DNA of 64,000 bases from Vulcanimicrobiota bacterium (GTDB taxonomy: Bacteria; Vulcanimicrobiota; Vulcanimicrobiia; Vulcanimicrobiales; Vulcanimicrobiaceae): assembly GCA_963713685.1 (NCBI GenBank), contig CAVQMS010000001.1, positions 511,203 through 575,202 of the forward strand, given 5' to 3'. Under the pieces are notes generated by a model. The model had not been told where the DNA came from. It saw only the letters and a list, made by a program, of their open reading frames with translations, and ran no database searches. A program made the translations under genes and the position numbers. Below are positions 56,145 to 64,000 of this stretch, in pieces. How positions within the stretch are numbered: the first letter of the stretch is position 1; each line of letters starts with the position of its first letter.

Positions 56145-57337
56145 ATCAGGCGTTCGAAGCCAAACTGCAAAAAGACCTCGACGCACTCAAACAGGCCGGC
56201 ACGTATAAGCGCCTCCGTCATTTGACGACGCCGATGGCGCCGGAAGTGCACATGGAAGAAGCCGGCGACGTCATCGTGCTGTCGAGCAACAACTATTTGG
56301 GGCTTGCGGATCAGCCGGAAGTCGTCGCGGCCGGGAAGGAAGGGCTTGACAAGTACGGAGCCGGTACCGCATCCGTTCGCTTCATCTGTGGTACGTTCGA
56401 TATCCATCGCGTGCTCGAGGCAGCGATCGCAAAATTCTTGAGCGTCGAGGCATCGCTTTCGTACGTTTCCTGCTGGAACGCCAATACCGGGCTCTTCCCC
56501 ACGATCTGCGATGAGGGTTCCGCGATCGTTTCCGACGAGCTCAACCACGCATCGATCATCGACGGCGTGCGGTTGGCGTCAAAGGCGCGAAGAGAGCGGT
56601 TCAAGCACGGCAACATGCGCGAGCTCGAAGAGAAGCTCAAGAGCGTTGCGGGCTGTTTCCCGATTGCCGTCGTCACGGACGGCGTCTTCTCGATGGAAGG
56701 CGATCTCGCCAAGCTGCCCGAGATCGTGGCCCTTGCCAAGCAATACGGCGCCATCACCGTGGTCGACGATTCGCACGGCACGGGCGTGATGGGTGAAACC
56801 GGGCGCGGCACCGTGGAGCATTACGGCCTGACGGGGCAAGTCGACGTGATCACCGGAACGCTTGGAAAAGCGCTGGGCGGCGCCGCGGGCGGGTTCGTCG
56901 CCGGCAGCGCCGCACTGATCGACACGTTGATCCAACGTTCGCGACCGCAGCTTTTCTCCAACGCACTGCCCGCGACGGTCGCATGCAGCTCGCTCGCGGC
57001 CATCGAGTATCTCGACGGACATCCGGAGCTCGTGCGGACGCTGCGTGAAAAGACCCGCTATTTCCGGGAGGGATTGAAACGGATCGGGTATGCGCCGCTC
57101 GAAAGCGAGAGTGCGATCGTGCCGATCATCGTCGGGGAGACGGCGTTTGCCATCGCGCTCAGCGATAAGCTCTTGAAAGCCGGCGTTTTCGTTACCGGTT
57201 TTGGCTTCCCCGTGGTTCCGGAAGGCACCGCGCGCATTCGAGTGCAGATCAGCGCCGCCCTCACGGAGGACGAGATGGATCGAGCGCTGGCGGCGTTCGA
57301 AGCCGTCGGTAAGGAAACCGGACTGCTTAAAGGTTAG
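56141..57337 (+). CDS. kbl: glycine C-acetyltransferase (2-amino-3-ketobutyrate CoA ligase)
   Basis: LSSNNYLGL, NHASIIDG and VDDSHGTG motifs. TGTLGKALGG contains the PLP lysine. Confidence 0.92.
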   Translation: MNQAFEAKLQKDLDALKQAGTYKRLRHLTTPMAPEVHMEEAGDVIVLSSNNYLGLADQPEVVAAGKEGLDKYGAGTASVRFICGTFDIHRVLEAAIAKFLSVEASLSYVSCWNANTGLFPTICDEGSAIVSDELNHASIIDGVRLASKARRERFKHGNMRELEEKLKSVAGCFPIAVVTDGVFSMEGDLAKLPEIVALAKQYGAITVVDDSHGTGVMGETGRGTVEHYGLTGQVDVITGTLGKALGGAAGGFVAGSAALIDTLIQRSRPQLFSNALPATVACSSLAAIEYLDGHPELVRTLREKTRYFREGLKRIGYAPLESESAIVPIIVGETAFAIALSDKLLKAGVFVTGFGFPVVPEGTARIRVQISAALTEDEMDRALAAFEAVGKETGLLKG

Positions 57338-57362
57338 GCGCTTTTTAGGAAATATCGTCACG

Positions 57363-58418
57363 ATGCCGGTTTCATTCGATAAGCTCGAATTCCACCGAAC
57401 GGGGATCGTCCTGAAGCCTGGCGACGTTGGCGCCGGGGGCATGGGGGTTTTGAATCCGGCGTGCACGCGTCTTCGCGACAATGCGCTGCAGCTCTATCCG
57501 CGCATAGTCGCTCCGGGGAACATTTCCCGCATCGGCTCGTTCCGCGGGTCCGAACGTGAAGACGGCACGATGGAGGTCGCGTCTCAAGGCTACGCGCTCG
57601 AGCCGGACGCGCCGTACGAGCTGCGCACAGAGCCCGGCGGATACGGTTGCGAAGATCCTCGCGTCACCTTCGTGAAAGCGATCGACCGGTACGTCATGGC
57701 CTACGTTGCCTTCGGTCCGCGCGGACCAGAGGTCGCAGTCGCCGTCTCGCCGGACGGTCTGCAATGGCAGCGGCTAGGCTTGCTGCAATTTCAAGGGAGC
57801 AGGACGCCGTTCGCCGACAAAGATGCGGCGTTCTTTCCGGAGCCCGTTATCTCACCCGGTGGAATCGAATCGCTCGCGTTCTATCATCGCCCGACGCTGC
57901 AGCTTTCGGTAGCGGACGGCCGGAGCGCGCTCGACGTGATCGAAGCGTTGCCGCCGAGCCGCCGTGAAGGCATCGCGATCGGATACATTCCGCTCGAAGC
58001 CGTCGTCACCGACTTGAGCGCGCTCTGCATGGTTACCGAAACGCATCGCCTGAGGATGCCGGAGGCCACGTGGGGATCGATTAAAGTGGGGGCTGGAACG
58101 CCGCCCGTTCGCATTCCCGAAGGCTGGCTTTCCGTCATTCATGGCGTCGACGAGCTGCCCCACGCGAGAGGCAAGGCGTTGCTGCGGTATAGCGCCGGCG
58201 TGATCGTGCACGACGCGCGGCGATTGGATCGAATCCTGTTCCGATCGCACGAGCCGCTATTCATACCCGAGGTGCGCGGCGAACTGCGAGGCGCCGTCGG
58301 CCACGTCGTTTTCCCCACCGGCATCGACCGCCGTGGAGAGAACGAATTCGATATCTATTACGGCATGGCCGACTACGAGATCGGTCGCGGAAGGCTGACG
58401 CTTTTCCGGCACACGTGA
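57363..58418 (+). CDS. GH130-family glycoside phosphorylase/hydrolase (DUF377-type beta-propeller)
   Basis: The ATG at 57363 lies within ORF 57201..58418. Motifs GVLNPA, GCEDPRVT and IYYGMADYEIG. Confidence 0.75.
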   Translation: MPVSFDKLEFHRTGIVLKPGDVGAGGMGVLNPACTRLRDNALQLYPRIVAPGNISRIGSFRGSEREDGTMEVASQGYALEPDAPYELRTEPGGYGCEDPRVTFVKAIDRYVMAYVAFGPRGPEVAVAVSPDGLQWQRLGLLQFQGSRTPFADKDAAFFPEPVISPGGIESLAFYHRPTLQLSVADGRSALDVIEALPPSRREGIAIGYIPLEAVVTDLSALCMVTETHRLRMPEATWGSIKVGAGTPPVRIPEGWLSVIHGVDELPHARGKALLRYSAGVIVHDARRLDRILFRSHEPLFIPEVRGELRGAVGHVVFPTGIDRRGENEFDIYYGMADYEIGRGRLTLFRHT

Positions 58419-58463
58419 CGCTCGCTGCTTCGCTCGAGCGATATCGGGCCAGCGCTGCGGAAT

Positions 58464-58540
<77 letters not shown>

Positions 58541-58630
58541 ATGAGAGCGACTACACTACGACGGCGCGGGTTTCACCCCTGCCATAGGCGCGGGCGCGGT
58601 GCTCGCGGCATGGATGCCGAAGGCAGTCTA

Positions 58631-59701
58631 ATGCCGAGCGGCTTGCTTGCGGAGCGCATTCCAAAAATCCACCTCCACTGCCACCTGGAGGGAAGCCTAC
58701 GGGCAGCGACATTCGTCGAACTGGCGGCGAAAAACGGCGTACCGCTTCGCTACACCCGGTCGCGAACGGATGAGCCATCCTTCGACTCCGCTCAGGATGA
58801 CAAAGGGTCCGTTGAATCCGATCCGTATCGCTTCAAGGATCTCGACGAGTTCTTGCTGCTCTTTGCCGCCGTGAGCCGATCCTTACGCGATCCGCGAGAC
58901 TATGCGCGGCTGGCGCGCGAGTTCGTCGAGGACGCGCTGCAACAGGACGTCATCTATGGGGAGTTGTTCGTCTCTCCATCGGTTTGGACGTTCTTTAATC
59001 CGGCCCTCGACATTCGCGCAACGCTGGAAGCGATCGTCACTGAATTGCGCGCGGCCCAACCGCGGGCGACCTTCAGGCTCCTGTGCGACCTAACGCGCAA
59101 CTTCGGTGCGGACGATGCTCTCGAAACGGTGCGGAAAGTGGCGGGCATGACGGATTTGGACGTGATCGGCGTTTCGCTCGGCGGAGACGAAGCGCGTTTT
59201 CCGGCGAGGCTTTTCGCCGACGCGTTTGCCTATGCTCGCGCTGAAGGTTTGCATTGCGTCGTACATGCGGGCGAAGCCGATGGGGCGCACAGCGTTCGGG
59301 ACGCCGTTGACGTGCTGCGGGCCGAGCGCATCGGACACGGCATTCGCGCGCTCGAGGACCGGGGAACCGTCGAGATGCTTGCCGAGCGTCGCATCCCGCT
59401 CGAGATCTGCCCCACGTCAAATCGGCTGACCGGCGTCGCCCTCCCCGGCCGCCCGCATCCGCACGTCGATTTCGACGAATTCGGCTGCATCGTCACGATT
59501 GACTGCGACGATCCGGCCATCTTTCGCACCTCCTTGCAGCGGGAGTACGCGGCGGTCGAGCAGGTTGCGGGGGCTGCTGCCTTGGAGCGCTACGTGCGCA
59601 ACGCCATCCACGCTAGCTTTGCCGAAGCGCATGCGAAGCAGGCGATGGAGGCACGGCTGGCCGCGGCGGTTGCGGAACTTCAGGCGGCGCCGCGAAGTTA
59701 A
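58631..59701 (+). CDS. add: adenosine deaminase
   Basis: IHLHCHLEGSL, VVHAGE, RIGHG, ICPTSN and VTIDCDDP motifs. There is an alternative ATG at 58610. Confidence 0.9.
   Translation: MPSGLLAERIPKIHLHCHLEGSLRAATFVELAAKNGVPLRYTRSRTDEPSFDSAQDDKGSVESDPYRFKDLDEFLLLFAAVSRSLRDPRDYARLAREFVEDALQQDVIYGELFVSPSVWTFFNPALDIRATLEAIVTELRAAQPRATFRLLCDLTRNFGADDALETVRKVAGMTDLDVIGVSLGGDEARFPARLFADAFAYARAEGLHCVVHAGEADGAHSVRDAVDVLRAERIGHGIRALEDRGTVEMLAERRIPLEICPTSNRLTGVALPGRPHPHVDFDEFGCIVTIDCDDPAIFRTSLQREYAAVEQVAGAAALERYVRNAIHASFAEAHAKQAMEARLAAAVAELQAAPRS
58778..58801 (-). repeat. short repeat element, copy B (contiguous GTCATCCTGAGCGGAGTCGAAGGA), inside the add CDS
   Basis: The + strand reads tccttcgactccgctcaggatgac, translated in add as PSFDSAQDD. 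It matches both flanks of copy A at 34430..34469. Confidence 0.7.
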
Positions 59702-59709
59702 TACGAGAT

Positions 59710-60378
59710 ATGCCCGGTCACTCGCACTCGCACTTTGCCGAGTCCTTCGAAATGTATATGAAGGCGATCTATCGCCTCGAACGTGAAGGGCCCGGCGTTA
59801 CGACTTCGGCTTTAGCGACCGAATTGGGCATCGCTCCGGCATCCGTGTCCGGCATGCTCAAGAAGCTCGTTCACGACGGCTACGTGGAGCATGAGGTTCG
59901 CGGCGATATCAAGCTGACGCGAAAAGGACTCGAGGTCGCCGTCGGCGTCGTGCGGCGAAACCGCTTAGCGGAGCGCCTCCTCACCGACGTTCTCGGCATG
60001 CCGTGGGACGAGGTCTACTCGGAAGCTTGCATTCTGGAACACGCCATTACGGAACGCGTGGAAGAGCGGCTCGTCGCCGCGCTCGGCAATCCGCAGACGT
60101 GCCCGCACGGTCATCCGATTCCGCCGAAGGATTTGACCGAGCCGGTGCGCACTGGAATTCCGCTCGCGCAAGTGGAGCCGGGCAGAAAAGTAACGGTTTC
60201 GGGCGTCACCGAGCAAATGCCCGAGATGTTGCGCTATCTCGGCCAGGTAGGGTTGCGTCCGGGCGCGCGTCTCTGCGTGCTCGAGAAGGCGCCGCTCGGG
60301 GGGCCGGTGACCATCGAAGTGGGCGGCGAGCGTCACGCCATATCGCTCGAGCTGGCCCGCACGGTCATGATCGCGTGA
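59710..60378 (+). CDS. DtxR/MntR-family metal-dependent transcriptional regulator with C-terminal FeoA/SH3-like domain
   Basis: YMKAIYRL, VSGMLKKLVHDGYVEH and LAERLLTDVLGMPWDEVYSEACILEH motifs. C-terminal segment VTVSGVTE...LRYLGQVGLRPG. Confidence 0.88.
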   Translation: MPGHSHSHFAESFEMYMKAIYRLEREGPGVTTSALATELGIAPASVSGMLKKLVHDGYVEHEVRGDIKLTRKGLEVAVGVVRRNRLAERLLTDVLGMPWDEVYSEACILEHAITERVEERLVAALGNPQTCPHGHPIPPKDLTEPVRTGIPLAQVEPGRKVTVSGVTEQMPEMLRYLGQVGLRPGARLCVLEKAPLGGPVTIEVGGERHAISLELARTVMIA

Positions 60379-61040
60379 TCACGCGCTTTTTGATTCTGCT
60401 CAACGTCATCGGCTATCTCTGGGAAATCTCGGTTGGGGGTCCGGAAATGCTTTCCGGCTTCGGCGGATCGGGAAACGGGATGGTACGCGTGCTCGGCGAT
60501 GGCGCGCTGATCCCGGCAGCAGTGTTACAAGATGGGCAGTGGTGGCGCATTTTGACCGGCGCCTTCCTGCACGGCGGTTTGATCCACATCGGCGTCAACA
60601 TGATGTCGCTGTTCTTTCTGGGACGCTTCATCGAATTCGCGCTGGGCTCGTGGCGGATGCTGGTGGTCTACATGGTTTCGCTGGTTGCCTCGGGGCTGGG
60701 CGTGATCTTTTTCAGCAATCCGGACATCCCAACCGTCGGCGCGAGCGGGGCGATCTTTGGCCTTTTCGGCGCGCTCTTTGCGATCGGATTCAAGCTCGGG
60801 AAGCCCGGAATGGAGCTGGTGCGCGCCAACATCGGGATTCTGGCCCTCAATCTCATCATTACGTTCACCGTGCCGCAAATCTCGTGGCAAGCGCACGTCG
60901 CGGGATTGTTGGCCGGCTTCGCTCTTACGTATGCGATCTATTTTCCACCCCGCCGGGTAGCGCCGGTTGTCGTCGATGCGCGTACCGGTCGCGAACTCGA
61001 GACCGAATACGAATCACCCGTGGATCCGCATCGCGCGTAG
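60375..61040 (+). CDS. rhomboid family intramembrane serine protease
   Basis: GTG 60375 overlaps the upstream stop. WWRILTGAFLHGGLIHIGVNM, catalytic GASGAIFGL and AHVAGLLAG. Confidence 0.88.
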   Translation: MITRFLILLNVIGYLWEISVGGPEMLSGFGGSGNGMVRVLGDGALIPAAVLQDGQWWRILTGAFLHGGLIHIGVNMMSLFFLGRFIEFALGSWRMLVVYMVSLVASGLGVIFFSNPDIPTVGASGAIFGLFGALFAIGFKLGKPGMELVRANIGILALNLIITFTVPQISWQAHVAGLLAGFALTYAIYFPPRRVAPVVVDARTGRELETEYESPVDPHRA

Positions 61041-62935
61041 TGACCGATAACCTGGAGGTCGTTTTCGGAGCGGCCGGACCGTTCGCCCGAACGTTGCCGG
61101 GCTACGAGCCGCGCGCCGGGCAGCTGCAGATGGCGCAACTCGTCGAGCGCGGCATCCTCGAGGGGATGCACACGATCGTCGAAGCGGGTACCGGTGTCGG
61201 GAAGTCGCTTGCGTATCTGGTCCCCGCCATTCGCAGCGGGAAGAAAGTCGTGCTTTCGACCGGCACGATCGCTCTGCAAGAACAACTCGTGCTCAAGGAC
61301 ATTCCGTTGGTGGAGAAGGCATTGGGCATCCCGGTGCGCGTGACGCTGCTCAAGGGGCGCAGTCATTATCTCTGCCGCCAAAAGCTCGAGCGACTGCGCG
61401 CCGACCGGTTGATCGCGCCGTCGCGCTCGATGCAGCAGATGTGGGAGTGGGGAGCGCGAACGCGCAGCGGCGATCGCGGCGAGTTGCGCTTCGTACCGCC
61501 GGCGCACGAATGGGAACAGCTCGATGCCGACGCGGATGATTGCGTCGGCGAATTCTGCAGTCACTTTAGCGACTGCTTCTTTTTCAACCGGCGTGACGAA
61601 GCAAAATATTCCGACATTGTCGTCGTCAATCACGCGCTGTTCTTCCTGGATCTCGCGAGCGGCGGCGGGCTGCTGCCCGGCTACGACGTCGCCGTGCTGG
61701 ACGAAGCGCACCAATGCGAACGCTGGGCCACCGATGCGCTAACGGCCGTGCTTTCCGGGGCGACGATCGGCCGAATGCTCCGAAAGCTTCACCGCGTTTA
61801 CGAGTTGCCGCCGTCGTTCGATCTGGAGTTCGACGTTGCCGTTCGCCGGCTCGAATCGACGTTAGCCAGCCTTCCGGGGGAGCGTTATCCCGTATCCGCA
61901 AACGAAGACGTTTGGCCCGCGCTAGCCTCGCTTCGCGAAGTGCTCTATCGCCTCGAGAATTGGCTCTTTGCCAACTGCGGCACCGCACTGAAGCGACGCG
62001 TCGACAACGAGGCGGAAGCCGAGCGCCGCCGTGATCTAGCGTTGCGAGCGGTGATCGGGCACGAATCGGTAATCGATCGTGTGGAGGCCGGAACGCCGGA
62101 AACGATTGCGTGGGCGGAGCGCACGGACTCCGAGGGCCGCTATTGCGTCAAATGCGCTCCGCAGGAGATCGCGGAGTTTTTACGGGAGGCGCTCTTCGCC
62201 CGCGCACACAGCGTGGTCCTCACGAGCGCGACCCTTTCGACGGACGAGTCGTTCGCATTCGTGCGCCGGACCCTGGGCGTTGACGCCGCCGCCGAGCTGG
62301 TCGCCCCCTCGCCGTTTGACTACGCTCGTCAGGCGCGGCTTTTCATCGCGCCCGTCGACCTGAACCCGAAGTCCGCGCAGTTTGCGCGGCGTGCCGCACC
62401 GCTGGTAGAGGAATGCCTCGATCGCAGCCGAGGGCGTGCTTTCGTTCTGTTTACGTCGTACGCGCGACTGCGTGAAGTATACGGCCTCGTCCGGGAACGC
62501 CTCGCCTTTCCAGTGCGCATGCAAGGTGAAATGCCGCGCGCTTACCTACTCGAATGGTTTCGTCAGACGCCGGGCGCCGTGCTCTTTGGTACCGCGACGT
62601 TCTGGGAAGGCATCGACGTCGTTGGCGACTCGCTGTCCTGCGTCATTATCGACCGCCTACCGTTTCCATCTCCGAGCGATCCGCTGGTAATGGCGCGGCT
62701 GCGCGCCCTCGAAGCGCGCGGTTTGGACGGCTTCCAGCATTACATGGTGCCCGCAGCGACGGTGCGGCTCAAGCAGGGATTCGGGCGGCTCATCCGCAGC
62801 GGCAGCGATCGCGGAGTGGTGGCTCTCCTCGACGGACGCGCCGCATCGACGCGTTACGGGGCGACGATTCTTGCGACGTTGCCTCCGGCTACGAGGATCG
62901 AGCACCTCGAGGAATTGGAGTCTTTCTTTTCCTAA
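61040..62935 (+). CDS. dinG: DinG/XPD-like Fe-S ATP-dependent DNA helicase
   Basis: GTG 61040. Motifs EAGTGVGKSLAYL, four Cys (YLC, DDC, EFC, SDC), VVVNHALF, LDEAHQ, VLTSATL and FWEGIDV. Confidence 0.88.
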   Translation: MTDNLEVVFGAAGPFARTLPGYEPRAGQLQMAQLVERGILEGMHTIVEAGTGVGKSLAYLVPAIRSGKKVVLSTGTIALQEQLVLKDIPLVEKALGIPVRVTLLKGRSHYLCRQKLERLRADRLIAPSRSMQQMWEWGARTRSGDRGELRFVPPAHEWEQLDADADDCVGEFCSHFSDCFFFNRRDEAKYSDIVVVNHALFFLDLASGGGLLPGYDVAVLDEAHQCERWATDALTAVLSGATIGRMLRKLHRVYELPPSFDLEFDVAVRRLESTLASLPGERYPVSANEDVWPALASLREVLYRLENWLFANCGTALKRRVDNEAEAERRRDLALRAVIGHESVIDRVEAGTPETIAWAERTDSEGRYCVKCAPQEIAEFLREALFARAHSVVLTSATLSTDESFAFVRRTLGVDAAAELVAPSPFDYARQARLFIAPVDLNPKSAQFARRAAPLVEECLDRSRGRAFVLFTSYARLREVYGLVRERLAFPVRMQGEMPRAYLLEWFRQTPGAVLFGTATFWEGIDVVGDSLSCVIIDRLPFPSPSDPLVMARLRALEARGLDGFQHYMVPAATVRLKQGFGRLIRSGSDRGVVALLDGRAASTRYGATILATLPPATRIEHLEELESFFS

Positions 62936-62947
62936 AAGGAGCTGGTC

Positions 62948-64000
62948 CTAATCATCCGGCGTCACCTCGGCCTGCGCGCGACTCTGAAGTTCTTTGACGA
63001 TGGATGAATCGGCGAGCGTGGTGGTATCGCCGAGCGTTCGCCCTTCGGCGATGTCGCGCAGCAAGCGGCGCATGATCTTTCCGCTGCGCGTCTTGGGGAG
63101 CTCTTGAGTGAACGTGACGTACTTGGGTCGCGTAAATTTGCCGAGCCGCGCGGCAACGTGGTCGCGCAACTCATCTGCCAGCTCGGGCGAATCCTCATGG
63201 CCGCTTTTGAGCGAGACGAAAGCGTAGATCGCCTGCCCCGTCATCTCGTCGAGCTTTCCGCAGACGGCAGCCTCCGCGACGGCGGGGTGATCGACGAGCG
63301 CACTCTCGACCTCGGTCGTTGAGATCCGATGACCGCTGACATTCATCACGTCGTCGATGCGTCCCATGAACCAATAGTTGCCTTGAGCGTCGCGGCGTGC
63401 GCCGTCTCCCGCGAAATAGAGGTGCGGAAACTTCGACCAGTAGGTTTGCACGTAGCGTTCGTCGTCGCCCCAGATTCCGCGCAGCATGCCGGGCCAGGGG
63501 CGCGTCAGCACCATGTAACCGCCGCCGCCGAGGGGCACCGATTCGCCGCGGTCGTTGACGATATCGGCGGCGATTCCAGGGAGCGGTTGTGTCGCGCTGC
63601 CCGGAAGCAACGTCGTTACGCCGGGGAGCGGCGAGATCATGATGCCCCCGGTTTCCGTTTGCCACCAGGTGTCCACGACCGGAACGCGATTGCCCCCGAT
63701 CCACTCGCGATACCACATCCAGGCTTCGGGGTTGATCGGTTCTCCCACGGTCCCGAGCAGGCGCAGCGACGAGAGGTCGTGTTTAGCCGGGTACGCCACT
63801 CCCCACTTCATGAAGGTTCGAATCGCGGTCGGCGCCGTGTACAGAATGCTGACGCCGTACCGCTCGACGATCTCCCAAAACCGGTCCTTGTCGGGGAAGT
63901 CCGGCGTGCCTTCGTAGATGACGCTGGTCGCACCGTTTGCCAGCGGTCCGTAAACGATATAAGAATGGCCGGTGACCCATCCGATGTCGGCGGTGCACCA
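62948..64000 (-). CDS. acs: acetyl-CoA synthetase (partial; N-terminus lies beyond window end)
   Basis: The frame is open to the window edge. Motifs [58 protein letters not shown] and [12 protein letters not shown]. Confidence 0.93.
   Translation of the reverse strand, partial: WCTADIGWVTGHSYIVYGPLANGATSVIYEGTPDFPDKDRFWEIVERYGVSILYTAPTAIRTFMKWGVAYPAKHDLSSLRLLGTVGEPINPEAWMWYREWIGGNRVPVVDTWWQTETGGIMISPLPGVTTLLPGSATQPLPGIAADIVNDRGESVPLGGGGYMVLTRPWPGMLRGIWGDDERYVQTYWSKFPHLYFAGDGARRDAQGNYWFMGRIDDVMNVSGHRISTTEVESALVDHPAVAEAAVCGKLDEMTGQAIYAFVSLKSGHEDSPELADELRDHVAARLGKFTRPKYVTFTQELPKTRSGKIMRRLLRDIAEGRTLGDTTTLADSSIVKELQSRAQAEVTPDD

Overview
High-GC bacterial chromosomal segment, densely packed with about 66 protein genes and one tRNA. 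Most genes are on the + strand, and many junctions show 1-4 nt start/stop overlaps (ATGA/GTGA/TTGA), suggesting translational coupling. The content is mainly core housekeeping. In order it holds: rsmA with a YabE/RpfB-like 3D-domain gene; rho; a TonB_C/TPR gene followed by exbB-exbD-exbD-tonB-tonB; uppP; a pterin block (moaC-moaB-folC-folP-folB-folK); accC-nusB-PBP1A-xseA-xseB-tlyA-nadK-recN; pyk; rimP-nusA-ylxR-infB-rbfA-nrnA-truB-ribF; a TlpA-like redoxin with an NHL-propeller lipoprotein; an atypical Clp-like AAA+ gene; a PhoP/PhoR-like two-component pair with an orphan pstB; two tandem paralogous outer-membrane proteins; cysPTWA; tdh-kbl; a GH130 gene; initiator tRNA-fMet; add; a dtxR-family regulator; a rhomboid; dinG; and a partial acs. 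The gene order resembles Firmicutes/Actinobacteria-type synteny, while ExbBD/TonB and barrel-type OMPs point to a diderm envelope. The phylum cannot be determined from the sequence alone. I found no transposases, integrases, CRISPR arrays or recognisable defence genes, so I cannot point to a classical accessory island. The most unusual items are: (1) two tandem OMPs whose periplasmic N-terminus is a copper-amine-oxidase-N-like stalk domain, each linked to a different anion-uptake module; (2) a FolK ORF running in frame into a BCCP-like domain that lacks the biotinyl-lysine, directly upstream of accC; (3) a two-ring Clp-like ATPase with an N-terminal zinc ribbon plus hydrophobic helix and no Clp_N, M-domain or ClpP loop; (4) a third TonB-like protein with a non-TonB C-terminal domain; (5) a short GTCATCCTGAGCGGAG...TCGAAGGA repeat, one copy of which lies inside the adenosine deaminase CDS. 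All homology calls come from motif recognition by eye, since no database search was possible.
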